Shown here: positions 9,261 through 18,203 of the stretch, in pieces
Layout of the letters: each line of letters opens with the position of its first letter
Numbering within the stretch: the first letter of the stretch is position 1
NCBI GenBank assembly: GCA_903908715.1
Contig: CAIVSY010000041.1
Location: 11,314-75,313 of the forward strand
DNA length: 64,000 bases
Source: an uncultured bacterium
GTDB taxonomy: Bacteria > Verrucomicrobiota > Kiritimatiellia > CAIKKV01 > CAITUY01
Reading direction: 5' to 3'
Program-made: the position numbers and the translations under genes
The notes under the pieces: model-generated
Databases searched by the model: none
Told to the model about the DNA's origin: nothing
The model's input: the letters and a program-made list of their open reading frames with translations, nothing else

Positions 9261-10175
9261 TTACTCCCGCGGGGCTTCCCTGCCTCTCCTCGCGTTGGCG
9301 TGCCAGCGGAAAAGGTCCGTATCGGGAATATATCCGAACAACGGGCGGACAACCTTTCGATAGGTCTCCTCGTCCATCTGCGCCAATGCTTCGGGCGTCA
9401 GCTGACCGGCCGCATTGTCAAGCCACGGCGCCGGCTCACGTTCCTCCCATCGTCCGTGGTTCAGCGGGCACGCCAGCTGGCAGGCATCGCAACCATAGAT
9501 CCACGGACCCATGCGCTCCCATAATTCCGGAGCCACGGGCCAGGGCGCGCCATAAGAGAGGTAGGCCACGCAATGATCCATCCGGACACCGCCGGGCTCA
9601 AAGAGGGCGCCTGTCGGGCAAGCCCTCTCGCAGGCGCGGCAGTCCGGAGGACACGGGGTCTGCGGCGCGGGCTGGTCGGGTTCCAGTTCCGCATCCACTT
9701 TCCACGCCTCGATGTTGATCCAGGACCCGCAGTCGGGATGGACCGCAAACCCGTTCCGCGCGAGACCGGCCACACCGGCGCGGACGGCCGCCGCGCGTAA
9801 CGGGACTCCGCCGGTCCGGACGCGCAATCCCAGCGCCTGCAGACCCGCTTTCATTTTCTTCGGCATGGCGGCATCCGGACAGGCTTCGATCCTCCGATCA
9901 CACAGGTAATTCCTTCCGATATGCCGCGCAAGACCGGCGGGCAGGCGATACCGTCCATAGCGGCGAACCACCACGACAATGGATCTCGCCCAGGGTGTGC
10001 CGGTTTTCGGATCGGCACGCGGTTCCATATCGCGATACAGATCAGCGGCTTCCGGGAACCGCGCCTGCAGGCGGCGAAGGGCGGCCCGATATTCCTCAAA
10101 CGGGCCAGTACCCGTGATTCCGCAGGCCACATATCCTGTTTCTGAAGCCAACTGCCGAATGGCATCCTTCATACT
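9261..10175 (-). CDS. queG: tRNA epoxyqueuosine(34) reductase QueG-like 4Fe-4S protein
   Basis: Two ferredoxin motifs, CPPDCRACERACP and CDACQLACPLN, and a QueG-like HCVAYLSYG. Start at Met17 (MSMKDAIRQ). Confidence 0.65.
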   Translation of the reverse strand, partial: SMKDAIRQLASETGYVACGITGTGPFEEYRAALRRLQARFPEAADLYRDMEPRADPKTGTPWARSIVVVVRRYGRYRLPAGLARHIGRNYLCDRRIEACPDAAMPKKMKAGLQALGLRVRTGGVPLRAAAVRAGVAGLARNGFAVHPDCGSWINIEAWKVDAELEPDQPAPQTPCPPDCRACERACPTGALFEPGGVRMDHCVAYLSYGAPWPVAPELWERMGPWIYGCDACQLACPLNHGRWEEREPAPWLDNAAGQLTPEALAQMDEETYRKVVRPLFGYIPDTDLFRWHANARRGREAPRE

Positions 10176-10376
10176 CATATCAACAGGCAGGGTACACGGG
10201 AAAACCCTTGCAACGCAAGCCACGGCCGCTGCGAAAAGCCATCGGGCTCGCGGCGGCCAACTACCACGGAGAATGAGCCGCCGCGAGCCCGATGTTCACT
10301 TCGGATAAAGGCTTTCGCACGCAACCGGTTGGCGTCCCCGCACGCTATCCGCACGGGGAGGCCATCGGTCTGCGCG

Positions 10377-11024
10377 TTACTTCGCAGGCGGGGGTTCTTC
10401 CGCAGGTGGTGTGGGTTGTTCCGCAGGCGCGGGTTGTTCCGCGGGCGGCGGCGGCATAGCCGGCCCGCCTTCCGGTTTCTTTTCCTTGCGCTGAGCCTGC
10501 CGCGCTTGCCGGACGTTCTCCATCTGTTCACGCGCCTTCTCGCGGCGCTCCTTCAGCAAGGCATGCATTTGGGTGCGCTGTTCGGGAGTCAGCACCTTGA
10601 GCGCCGACAGGATGTTGCCTGTCCAGAGCTTGGCGGTGGCCACACGGATCTCCCCGATGGTCTCGATCCCCTTCATCACCGCCGCCTCATCCGGCATTTC
10701 CTGGGACATCAACTCCGCCTGCTTGACCGCCGCTTCCCTCATCTTCTCGCGGAGATCGGCGGCTTGCTTGGCTTGCCCATGGAAGATGGACTTCAGGGAT
10801 GCGACCTGCTCCGGGCTGAGCTTCAATTCCTTCACCATCAGCGACTCCGGCGCCAGTGCGCGGGCCAGCGTGGGGTCGCCCATGTCCCCGCCGTCCATCA
10901 TCATGCCCCTTCTTGCGTCCCGCTGCCCCATCTGCGGCCTCGCCGGTGCCGCTTCCTCGGCCCATAGAACCGCCCCTGCCATCAGGCACCCCGCCAAACC
11001 CAGTATCGTCATCTTCCTGTTCAT
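10377..11024 (-). CDS. Periplasmic Spy/CpxP-family (LTxxQ motif) protein
   Basis: Signal peptide MNRKMTILGLAGCLMAGAVLWA. LTxxQ-type repeats LSPEQVASL and LTPEQRTQM. Pro/Glu-rich tail. RBS AAGGAGGAAGAGAAG precedes the ATG. Confidence 0.65.
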   Translation of the reverse strand: MNRKMTILGLAGCLMAGAVLWAEEAAPARPQMGQRDARRGMMMDGGDMGDPTLARALAPESLMVKELKLSPEQVASLKSIFHGQAKQAADLREKMREAAVKQAELMSQEMPDEAAVMKGIETIGEIRVATAKLWTGNILSALKVLTPEQRTQMHALLKERREKAREQMENVRQARQAQRKEKKPEGGPAMPPPPAEQPAPAEQPTPPAEEPPPAK

Positions 11025-11100
11025 CTTCTCTTCCTCCTTTATTGGATGGTTGTGTCTACTCCCCACATAACGGATGAGCCGGTCCATTTATTGTACGACT

Positions 11101-12234
11101 TCAGCGAATCACCAGGAACTTCGGGCATTTACAGAGAACCTCGCAACCGTTGCGCGTCACCACGACGGTATCCTCGATACGAACCCCGCCGATGTCCTTA
11201 TAATACAGGCCGGGCTCCACCGTGACCACATTACCCGCGCGAAGGGGCCCCGCCGCACGGGAGACTCCAGGCGCCTCGTGAATTTCCAACCCTACTCCAT
11301 GACCGGTCGAATGAATGTATCCTTCCGGAATGCCGTCGTCGCCCAGGCGGTCCTCGAAGCCGAGTCGCGCAAAGACCGAGCAGACGCCGTCGTGCACAGT
11401 TGAACCGCGGACCCCTGCACGCACAGCAGCCAGCGCCGTCTCCTGGGCACGGCGCACGGCGCGGTGCATCCGAACCAGGGCGGGACCGGCGTACCCCTTC
11501 GCAATGGTGCGTGTGAGGTCCCCCCAGTAACCGCTCCCGATATGCCGCGGAAATATATCCAGGACAATCGGCTGCCCCGCCAGCAGCGGCCCTTCTCCGA
11601 TCCAATGCGGCTGGCTGGATCGCGGCCCGCAGGCCACAATCGGTTCACCGCCCGCACAATCCTGATCCATGAGGACGCGGTTGATCCGCCGCCGCAATCC
11701 CTCCGCCGTCAGCAGGGCCGCTCCTTCGCGCAATTGCCCGCGCGCATCGATCCGCGCGCCCTCGATCACCGCGAAGGCGTGGCGCATCGCCTGCACGGCC
11801 GCACGCTGCACGACGCGGATCTTCTCCACTTGCGCAGGCGTCTTGACCATACGATCCGGACACGGCGGCGCCTTCGCCACAATCACCCGGATTCCCTTCT
11901 TCTCCAACTGCCGCGCAATGCCCACAGGGAAAACAGAAGGCACCATTACGGACCGCAGGCCCTCGCGTTTTGTCAACGCCAGCGCCCATGCGGACATCTT
12001 CCAGCGATCCTTGCGCGACAATCCCAGATCTTCCGGAGCCAGGCTTTCCATGCGCGGATTCTCTTCCCGCGCACGGCCGATTTCCATGCGTGAAACCACC
12101 ATGCTGGTGCGCTTTCCGTGCTTCAAACACACCACAGGATCCGACGATTTGAACTCCGTGACATGCAGAATATCCGCATAAACATTGGGTGTTCCAACCA
12201 TCAGGATCGCGCTTGTTAATTTCTCCCGCTTCAC
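11101..12234 (-). CDS. M24 family Xaa-Pro aminopeptidase/creatinase-like peptidase
   Basis: Metal-binding motifs GYIHSTGHGVGLEIHEAPG and VVTVEPGLYY. Confidence 0.85.
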   Translation of the reverse strand: MKREKLTSAILMVGTPNVYADILHVTEFKSSDPVVCLKHGKRTSMVVSRMEIGRAREENPRMESLAPEDLGLSRKDRWKMSAWALALTKREGLRSVMVPSVFPVGIARQLEKKGIRVIVAKAPPCPDRMVKTPAQVEKIRVVQRAAVQAMRHAFAVIEGARIDARGQLREGAALLTAEGLRRRINRVLMDQDCAGGEPIVACGPRSSQPHWIGEGPLLAGQPIVLDIFPRHIGSGYWGDLTRTIAKGYAGPALVRMHRAVRRAQETALAAVRAGVRGSTVHDGVCSVFARLGFEDRLGDDGIPEGYIHSTGHGVGLEIHEAPGVSRAAGPLRAGNVVTVEPGLYYKDIGGVRIEDTVVVTRNGCEVLCKCPKFLVIR

Positions 12235-12339
12235 ATGCCCCTCGTTGCTAAAGAGTTACACTGCCATAACCGCCGTGTGTCTTTCCGGTTGCCGCCACAT
12301 AGGTTCCAAATGACACCAGGGCGGCCTCCGAAAAATCAA

Positions 12340-12415
12340 CTGAACATACCACATATTGTGGTTTTCCACATACAAAACACTACGGCTCGTATGTTAAAAA
12401 AAAAGCCAAAAAGAC
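12340..12415 (+). promoter_or_regulatory. Candidate DnaA-box / A-tract region upstream of dnaA
   Basis: CCACATATTGTGGTTTTCCACATAC contains TTTTCCACA (8/9) and an inverted CCACA...TGTGG. An A9 tract follows. Confidence 0.4.
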
Positions 12416-12667
12416 TCGGTTTTTACCTTGTCAGTATGGGGTTCGTGGCCTATTGTCCTGCCCTGTCGGGCGCGAGAATAGAAGATAGGTGGCATGTTAA
12501 TAACCTGTTGATAACTCGCAATAACTCGGATCGCGGCCGGCGGGATTTGAACGGGACGAAAAAACGCCCTGAAAAAGCAGGGTGCGGGAATTTACCGATG
12601 CTCAACGTTGCGCGCGAGGATTTTTCGCGCTCTTTTTTTGGAGGCAGTTGTGATCGCAAATGATGCC

Positions 12668-14011
12668 ATGACAGTTTGGAGGCCGGCGTGCGAGCACTTG
12701 AAAAAGCTGCTCCATCCCGATGTCTACCTGCGCTGGATCGAGGTGATCGAGCCGAAGCGGCTGGAAAACGACACTCTTACGCTGGCGGTGGATAACAACT
12801 TCTACCAGACGTGGCTGGAGGAGAATTACCTGCCCCTGATCCAGACGGCCGTTGCAACCGTCTGCGGAGAAAACCTGAAGATCGTCTTCGCCGTCGGACG
12901 CAAGAGTGTTGGCTCCCCGGTTGCGGAAAAATCTGCGCCGGCGCACGTGGAGAAGCCCGTCAAGGCCGCGCCGCGCCGCACACCTTCGGATGTGATCCTG
13001 AATCCGAAGTGTACGTTCGACGAATTCATTGTCGGCGCATCGAACAACATGGCGCATGCCGCGTCTCTTGCGGTGGCGCAGTCTCCGGGCCGCGCTTATA
13101 ACCCGTTGTTCATCTACGGCGGCACCGGGCTGGGCAAGACGCACCTGATGCAGGCGATCGGACACCATGTGCTGCGCAACTCGAACGCGCGCATCTGCTA
13201 TGTCACCTCGGAAACCTTCATCAACGAGTTCATCGAAAGCATCCAGCACAATTCGTTCGTGCAGTTTCGCCGTAAGTACCGGAGCGTGGACCTGCTGTTG
13301 ATTGACGATATCCATTTCCTGACCGGCAAGGAGCGCATGCAGGAGGAGTTCTTCCATACCTTCAATGCGCTGTACGATGCCCATAAGCAGATCGTCATGA
13401 CCAGTGACCGGCCTGCCAGCGAGATCCAGGGCCTGGAGCAGCGGCTGGTTTCCCGCTTCGAGTGGGGCCTGGTCACGGAACTCCAGCAGCCGGATCTGGA
13501 GACCCGCATCGCCATCCTGCGCAACAAGCAGAAGCAGGGCGGCCTCACCCTTTCGGACGAGATCCTTTTCTTCCTGGCGAAGTCCATCCGGTCCAACATC
13601 CGACGGCTGGAAGGAGCCCTGATCCGCCTGACCTCGTATACCTCCCTGGTGAACCGGCCGGTCACACTGGCCGACGCGGAGAATCTGCTGCGCGATACCC
13701 TCGACCAGGAGAAGCAGGAGGCGTTGACCTTCGAGCAGATTATCAAGACCACCGCGGATCATTACGACTTGCGGCTTGTGGATATGACCAGCAAGCGGCG
13801 TCCGGCGGCCATCACGATGCCCCGCCAGGTGGCCATGTATCTCTGCCGGAACCTGACTCCCGCATCCCTGCCGGAAATCGCCTGCGCGTTCGGCAAAACC
13901 CACGCCACGATTCTTCATGCCTGCCGGATCGTGGAGAAGAAAATGGAAACGGATTCCAACCTGCGGCAGGATGTTTCCCACCTGTTCAAGGTGCTGGAGA
14001 AGAAAAGTTGA
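12668..14011 (+). CDS. dnaA: Chromosomal replication initiator protein DnaA
   Basis: AAA+ Walker A GGTGLGKTHL, LLIDDIHFLTGKERMQEEFFHTFNAL, C-terminal DNA-binding domain AFGKTHATILHACRIVEKK. Alternative in-frame GTG at 12650 follows GGAGG. Confidence 0.95.
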   Translation: MTVWRPACEHLKKLLHPDVYLRWIEVIEPKRLENDTLTLAVDNNFYQTWLEENYLPLIQTAVATVCGENLKIVFAVGRKSVGSPVAEKSAPAHVEKPVKAAPRRTPSDVILNPKCTFDEFIVGASNNMAHAASLAVAQSPGRAYNPLFIYGGTGLGKTHLMQAIGHHVLRNSNARICYVTSETFINEFIESIQHNSFVQFRRKYRSVDLLLIDDIHFLTGKERMQEEFFHTFNALYDAHKQIVMTSDRPASEIQGLEQRLVSRFEWGLVTELQQPDLETRIAILRNKQKQGGLTLSDEILFFLAKSIRSNIRRLEGALIRLTSYTSLVNRPVTLADAENLLRDTLDQEKQEALTFEQIIKTTADHYDLRLVDMTSKRRPAAITMPRQVAMYLCRNLTPASLPEIACAFGKTHATILHACRIVEKKMETDSNLRQDVSHLFKVLEKKS

Positions 14012-14017
14012 CAACCG

Positions 14018-14026
14018 TGTGGATAA
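14018..14026 (+). promoter_or_regulatory. Perfect DnaA box TGTGGATAA in dnaA-dnaN intergenic region
   Basis: 9/9 match to the consensus, on the reverse strand. Followed by TTGTTCACA (7/9) and an AT-rich stretch at 14161-14235. Confidence 0.6.
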
Positions 14027-14247
14027 CTTGCAGAAATGGTGTTCATATCGTTGGTTGTTGCAGTTATCATCCGTTGTTCACACAGCTTGAACAGGGGTCA
14101 TGAACAAGGGAAGTGCAGGGGCAGGATCAACCATACCAACGGGTTGCGAGGTTGTTGTTGTTGTTGACAGCATATAAGAAGAGGATGAAGAGAATAAGAT
14201 AGTAAAGAAATACTATTCTTACTCTGTGAAAAGAAGGTGGGGATCGA

Positions 14248-15342
14248 ATGAAAATCGTCATTGGCAAGGACGCGGTTTTATCTGGATTGCAGATGGTTCA
14301 TGGTGTGGTGAATGTCCGTCCCACGCTTCCCGTACTTTCGAATGTTCTTCTGCAGGCGGAAGCGGACAAGTTATGGATGACCACCACGGATTTGGAAGTC
14401 AGCGTACGCTGTCTCGTGGATGCCAAGGTTGGCAAGGCCGGCGGAACCACCCTTCCCGCACGCCGCCTGCTGGGCATTGTGCGCGAACTGCCGGTGGAGA
14501 ACATCGATATTGACGTGGACGACAAGAATAATGCCGTCATCTCCTGCGGATCCGCCTATTTCAAGATCCTGGGTTTGCCCCAGGATGATTTTCCCGCGAT
14601 TGCCGGTTACCAGGGAGGTTCAACCTTCACACTGGAACAGAGAGTGCTCAAGGATATGCTGCAGAAGACCTTCTATGCGGCATCCACCGATGAAACGCGG
14701 TTTATCCTGAACGGCACCCTCTTGAGTTTCAAGGGGAACAAGCTGACCGTGGTGGCAACGGATGGGCGGCGGCTGGCATTGGCGGAGCAGGAACTGGAAT
14801 TCCCAAAGGAATCTGAAGTGGACGCCATCATCCCGACGAAGGCTGTGAATGAAATCCTGCGTATGCTCAAGGATGAGGGAACTGTCAAGGTCCACGTCAC
14901 GAAAAACCAGGCGGGTTTTGAAGTCGAGAATATGGTGCTTACAACCAAGCTGATTGAAGGCACCTATCCGAACTTCCGCCAGGTGATACCGGCCCAGTGC
15001 GAGCATCGCATTGCGGTTGAGCGGGAGAGCCTCCTTACGGCGCTGCGGCGTGTGGCGTTGCTGACCAGCGAGAAATCGAGTTCCGTCCGTTTGACATTCG
15101 GGAAGAGCAAGCTGAAGATCAGCGCTTCATCCCCGGATGTGGGCGAGGCGCATGAATCCGTGGCGATCAAGTACAACGGCAAGGAAATGACCGTGGCGTT
15201 CAATCCTGAATACATCATGGAGCCGCTCAAGAACCTGGCGAATGACGAGATTTATGTCGAGATGACGGATGAACTGAGCCCGGGCGTGATCAAGAGTGAT
15301 GTGCCGTTCATCTATGTGCTGATGCCGATGCGGATTTCGTGA
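14248..15342 (+). CDS. dnaN: DNA polymerase III beta sliding clamp
   Basis: MKIVIGKDAVLSGLQMVHGVV...LLQAEADKLWMTTTDLEVS typical DnaN N-terminus. Roughly 364 aa across three domains. Confidence 0.93.
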   Translation: MKIVIGKDAVLSGLQMVHGVVNVRPTLPVLSNVLLQAEADKLWMTTTDLEVSVRCLVDAKVGKAGGTTLPARRLLGIVRELPVENIDIDVDDKNNAVISCGSAYFKILGLPQDDFPAIAGYQGGSTFTLEQRVLKDMLQKTFYAASTDETRFILNGTLLSFKGNKLTVVATDGRRLALAEQELEFPKESEVDAIIPTKAVNEILRMLKDEGTVKVHVTKNQAGFEVENMVLTTKLIEGTYPNFRQVIPAQCEHRIAVERESLLTALRRVALLTSEKSSSVRLTFGKSKLKISASSPDVGEAHESVAIKYNGKEMTVAFNPEYIMEPLKNLANDEIYVEMTDELSPGVIKSDVPFIYVLMPMRIS

Positions 15343-15420
15343 AAGGGCTTGACGCCGGAACACCGGTTTTAGCATTCTTTCCCGCGCCCATTGCCGGGAT
15401 CCGGTGATAGGCGCCATTGT

Positions 15421-15494
15421 TGCCCGATGGTGTAATGGTAGCACAACAGACTCTGGATCTGTTTGTTCTGGTTCAAGTCCAGATCGGGCAACCA
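15421..15494 (+). tRNA. tRNA-Gln (anticodon CTG), CCA encoded
   Basis: Manual cloverleaf: acceptor TGCCCGA/TCGGGCA, D-arm GTGT-AATGGTA-GCAC, anticodon stem ACAGA/TCTGT with loop CTCTGGA, T-arm TCTGG-TTCAAGT-CCAGA, discriminator A plus CCA. Confidence 0.85.
15455..15491 (+). repeat. Direct repeat copy 1 (3' half of tRNA-Gln, 37-43 bp)
   Basis: GGATCTGTTTGTTCTGGTTCAAGTCCAGATCGGGCAA is identical to 16247..16283. Confidence 0.9.
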
Positions 15495-15527
15495 CTTCCA
15501 ATTAAAACCCATTCTGGAAATCCTGCC

Positions 15528-16097
15528 ATGTGCAACAAGGCCGACGAGGAGCATAACCAGAAGGCCTTTGCGCCTTATCAGGTGGAAGGTCCCCTGCCTG
15601 AGATCCATGGCCGCATCCATATCGCCGACTTCGCCGGCGACCAGAGCGGCCGATTCCACTTCGGCGGCAACGTCATCATCAACTCCGGATTTGAGGCCAA
15701 TCCGGTGGGCGGCTTCCGGACGGTTCTGCTCTTCAAGGGACCGAACGCCCTGATCGAGATCGGCGACCGTACCGGCATTTCCAACGCCATGATCGCCGCC
15801 TACGAACGGGTCACCATCGGGGCGGACGTCAACCTGGGCGCCGGGTGCAAGATCATGGACACCGACTTCCACTCCCTTGACCTGCAGGAGCGGATCGACA
15901 ATGTGAACATCCCGCACCGCCCGGTCACCATTGAGGACGGGGCCTTCATCGGCACCGAGGCGATCATCTGCAAGGGGGTCACCATCGGCCGTGAATCGGT
16001 GATCGGGGCGGGTGCCGTGGTCGTAAGGAACGTACCGCCCGGCGAGATCTGGGGCGGCAATCCCGCCAGATTCATCCGTAAACTGAAGAAAGATTAA
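15528..16097 (+). CDS. Hexapeptide-repeat (LbH) sugar O-acetyltransferase
   Basis: Met38 of ORF 15417..16097, which otherwise overlaps the tRNA. Left-handed beta-helix repeats IGADVNLGAGCKIM and AFIGTEAIICKGVTIGRESVIGAGAVV. Confidence 0.8.
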   Translation: MCNKADEEHNQKAFAPYQVEGPLPEIHGRIHIADFAGDQSGRFHFGGNVIINSGFEANPVGGFRTVLLFKGPNALIEIGDRTGISNAMIAAYERVTIGADVNLGAGCKIMDTDFHSLDLQERIDNVNIPHRPVTIEDGAFIGTEAIICKGVTIGRESVIGAGAVVVRNVPPGEIWGGNPARFIRKLKKD

Positions 16098-16246
16098 CGC
16101 GGTCCCCCATGCTTGCTTCATCGAGGTCGCCCGAGTGCATCCGGTACGACGGATGGGGGAACGGCTGACGCAAGGACAGACCCGCAGGTTGACCCAGGAC
16201 GGCGCTCCACCCTGAGACTCGGGGGCTGAGTTTGCCTCAGGACTCC

Positions 16247-16283
16247 GGATCTGTTTGTTCTGGTTCAAGTCCAGATCGGGCAA
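16247..16283 (+). repeat. Direct repeat copy 2 (duplicated tRNA-Gln 3' end; putative attR remnant)
   Basis: Exact 37-bp copy of 15455..15491, extended to about 43 bp with one mismatch. No intact tRNA 5' half upstream. Confidence 0.85.
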
Positions 16284-17131
16284 TCAGCCTTGCAAGCTCG
16301 CAGGTACCGGATGGCCTTGGCGATATCCCCGCGCGGATCCTCGCCAACCTCGCGCTCGATGGTCAGGCTGCCCCGGAATCCGGTCTCGCGCAGGGCGGTG
16401 AGATAGGCCGGGAACGGCACGTTCCCCTCGCCCAGCGGAGTCTCCCGGATGTACTCCCAGGGTTTGAGGGTCCCCTCTCCCGCAAAAGCGCCATACAGCA
16501 ACTCGGCGTCGACAGGCTGAAGATTGATCCCATCCTTGGCATGGGTGTGGACAATGTACCGCGCAAGAAGGCGAACAGCTTCAGGAATGTTTTCCCGGCA
16601 AACCATGACCAGGTTGGCGGGATCGAAGTTGACCCCGATCCCGCCCTCGAGTTCCAGACGATCCAGAAAATCGCGCAATACACGGGCGGGTTCCGGTCCG
16701 GTTTCGATCGCGAACACCCCGCCCAGGGAATGGGCCGCTTCCCCGAGTTCGGCGCAGGCCCGGGCCAGTACCGCATAACGGGGATGATCGGGGGAAGAAG
16801 GAATAACTCCAATATGTGTGGTAACCACGTCGCAGTCCAGTTCCCGCGCCAGTTGCAAGACCCGCTTGGAATCCTCAATCCTTTGCCGGTTTCCGGCTTC
16901 GGACTGGAAGCCGTGCCCCCCGAAATCGCCGCATACGGCCGCTACCCGCAGCCCATGGTCATTCAACTGGGCCCGGAACTCCTTCAATGCGCGTCCTCGG
17001 AGACGCGAGAAATGGGTTTCGCCGGTTGTGGCATAAAACTGGATACCGTCGGCCCCCAGTTCCGCCGCCGCTTCCACGCCGCCGCGCAATCCCGCCCGGA
17101 ACGATTCGACCATTACGCCAATGCGAAACAT
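16265..17131 (-). CDS. Sugar phosphate isomerase/epimerase (xylose isomerase-like TIM barrel)
   Basis: TIM-barrel AP-endonuclease/xylose-isomerase-like pattern (VTTHIGV, FAIETGPE, NFDPANL, HTHAKD). Confidence 0.75.
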   Translation of the reverse strand: MFRIGVMVESFRAGLRGGVEAAAELGADGIQFYATTGETHFSRLRGRALKEFRAQLNDHGLRVAAVCGDFGGHGFQSEAGNRQRIEDSKRVLQLARELDCDVVTTHIGVIPSSPDHPRYAVLARACAELGEAAHSLGGVFAIETGPEPARVLRDFLDRLELEGGIGVNFDPANLVMVCRENIPEAVRLLARYIVHTHAKDGINLQPVDAELLYGAFAGEGTLKPWEYIRETPLGEGNVPFPAYLTALRETGFRGSLTIEREVGEDPRGDIAKAIRYLRACKADCPIWT

Positions 17132-18183
17132 GCTTTTTCTCTCCTGCTGTCCGGAATCTGCCGGCTGGCTTTTTCTTGAATCTCCCGCGAGAGGTTCGAA
17201 ATGAGGCCGATGCCCGCCCGGATTGCGGCTGATGTCAGCAAGGGCTCGACCACGGGCTGGTTGATGGCGGGCTCAAGGCAATACCCAACAAAGTCCGCCA
17301 ACTCATCCTTTACCTGGTTGTTGTCCGGCTTGATCCATCCGGGGACGCGGCAATCCAGTTCCTGCCCTCCCAGCCTGAGCCGCTTGGCCATGAAATCCCC
17401 CACGAGGTTCTCTCCGCTGCCGGTCCGCAGGACGCACTGCCGCGCCCTGGAGTTTTCCTCGACCAGCCAGGAAAGGTGCAATTCCCCGCATACTCCGCTG
17501 GAATGCTGTACACGGATGGCGACCTCGCGCGTATGGGATTGGACCTGGCGGAAATCCAGGACCTCCGCCTGCGCCACCGGCCCGAATAGAAACATGGCAA
17601 GATCCAGATCATGAACGGCCTTGTCGGTGACAATATCATCCGGGATGCGCGGGTCATGCGGCTGGCAGCGCAGGAAATGATATCCGGTAACGACCGTCCG
17701 GTTGTCGGACAACAGGTCCTTGATGCGGATGGCTACCGGATTATAGCGCTCCACATGCCCCGCCATGATTCGGACACCGGCCCGCCCGGCGCGGGCCGCC
17801 AGATCGTCCCACTCGTCCACGGTTCGCGTGACGGGCTTTTCCACAAAGGCATGGATACCCGATTCCAGGGCATCCGCGGCCATGGTGTGATGTTGCGCGG
17901 AAGGCGTGGCAATGACGACCATATCCGGGCGCACAGTTTTCAGCATGGACGGGTAATGGGTGAAGAAGGGGATGTCCGGAAAGCTCTCCGCTCGCCGGGC
18001 ATCCACATCGCACAGGCCGCAGAGGCGGATCTTGCCGACCTGTTCCCGGAGACCGGCCTTGTAATACTCTTCTGCCCGGCCTTCGGACAGTTGCAGGAGA
18101 GCCCGCACATGGTATGTGCCCATCTTGCCGGCTCCGGCTACCGCAACCCGGATTTCAGGGGCATCACGCCGGATCAGAGCCAT
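17113..18183 (-). CDS. Gfo/Idh/MocA family oxidoreductase
   Basis: Internal Met (MALIRRDAPEIRVAVAGAGKMG) carries the Rossmann GxGxxG. The track ORF extends further as Arg-rich non-coding-like sequence. Confidence 0.75.
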   Translation of the reverse strand: MALIRRDAPEIRVAVAGAGKMGTYHVRALLQLSEGRAEEYYKAGLREQVGKIRLCGLCDVDARRAESFPDIPFFTHYPSMLKTVRPDMVVIATPSAQHHTMAADALESGIHAFVEKPVTRTVDEWDDLAARAGRAGVRIMAGHVERYNPVAIRIKDLLSDNRTVVTGYHFLRCQPHDPRIPDDIVTDKAVHDLDLAMFLFGPVAQAEVLDFRQVQSHTREVAIRVQHSSGVCGELHLSWLVEENSRARQCVLRTGSGENLVGDFMAKRLRLGGQELDCRVPGWIKPDNNQVKDELADFVGYCLEPAINQPVVEPLLTSAAIRAGIGLISNLSREIQEKASRQIPDSRREKACFALA

Positions 18184-18203
18184 CGGTTCAGCCTTTCCTG
18201 CGG

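Noticed and set aside
12602-14014. 470-aa minus-strand ORF
   Set aside because: Exact antisense of dnaA. The dnaA frame carries unmistakable AAA+ and DnaA signature motifs.
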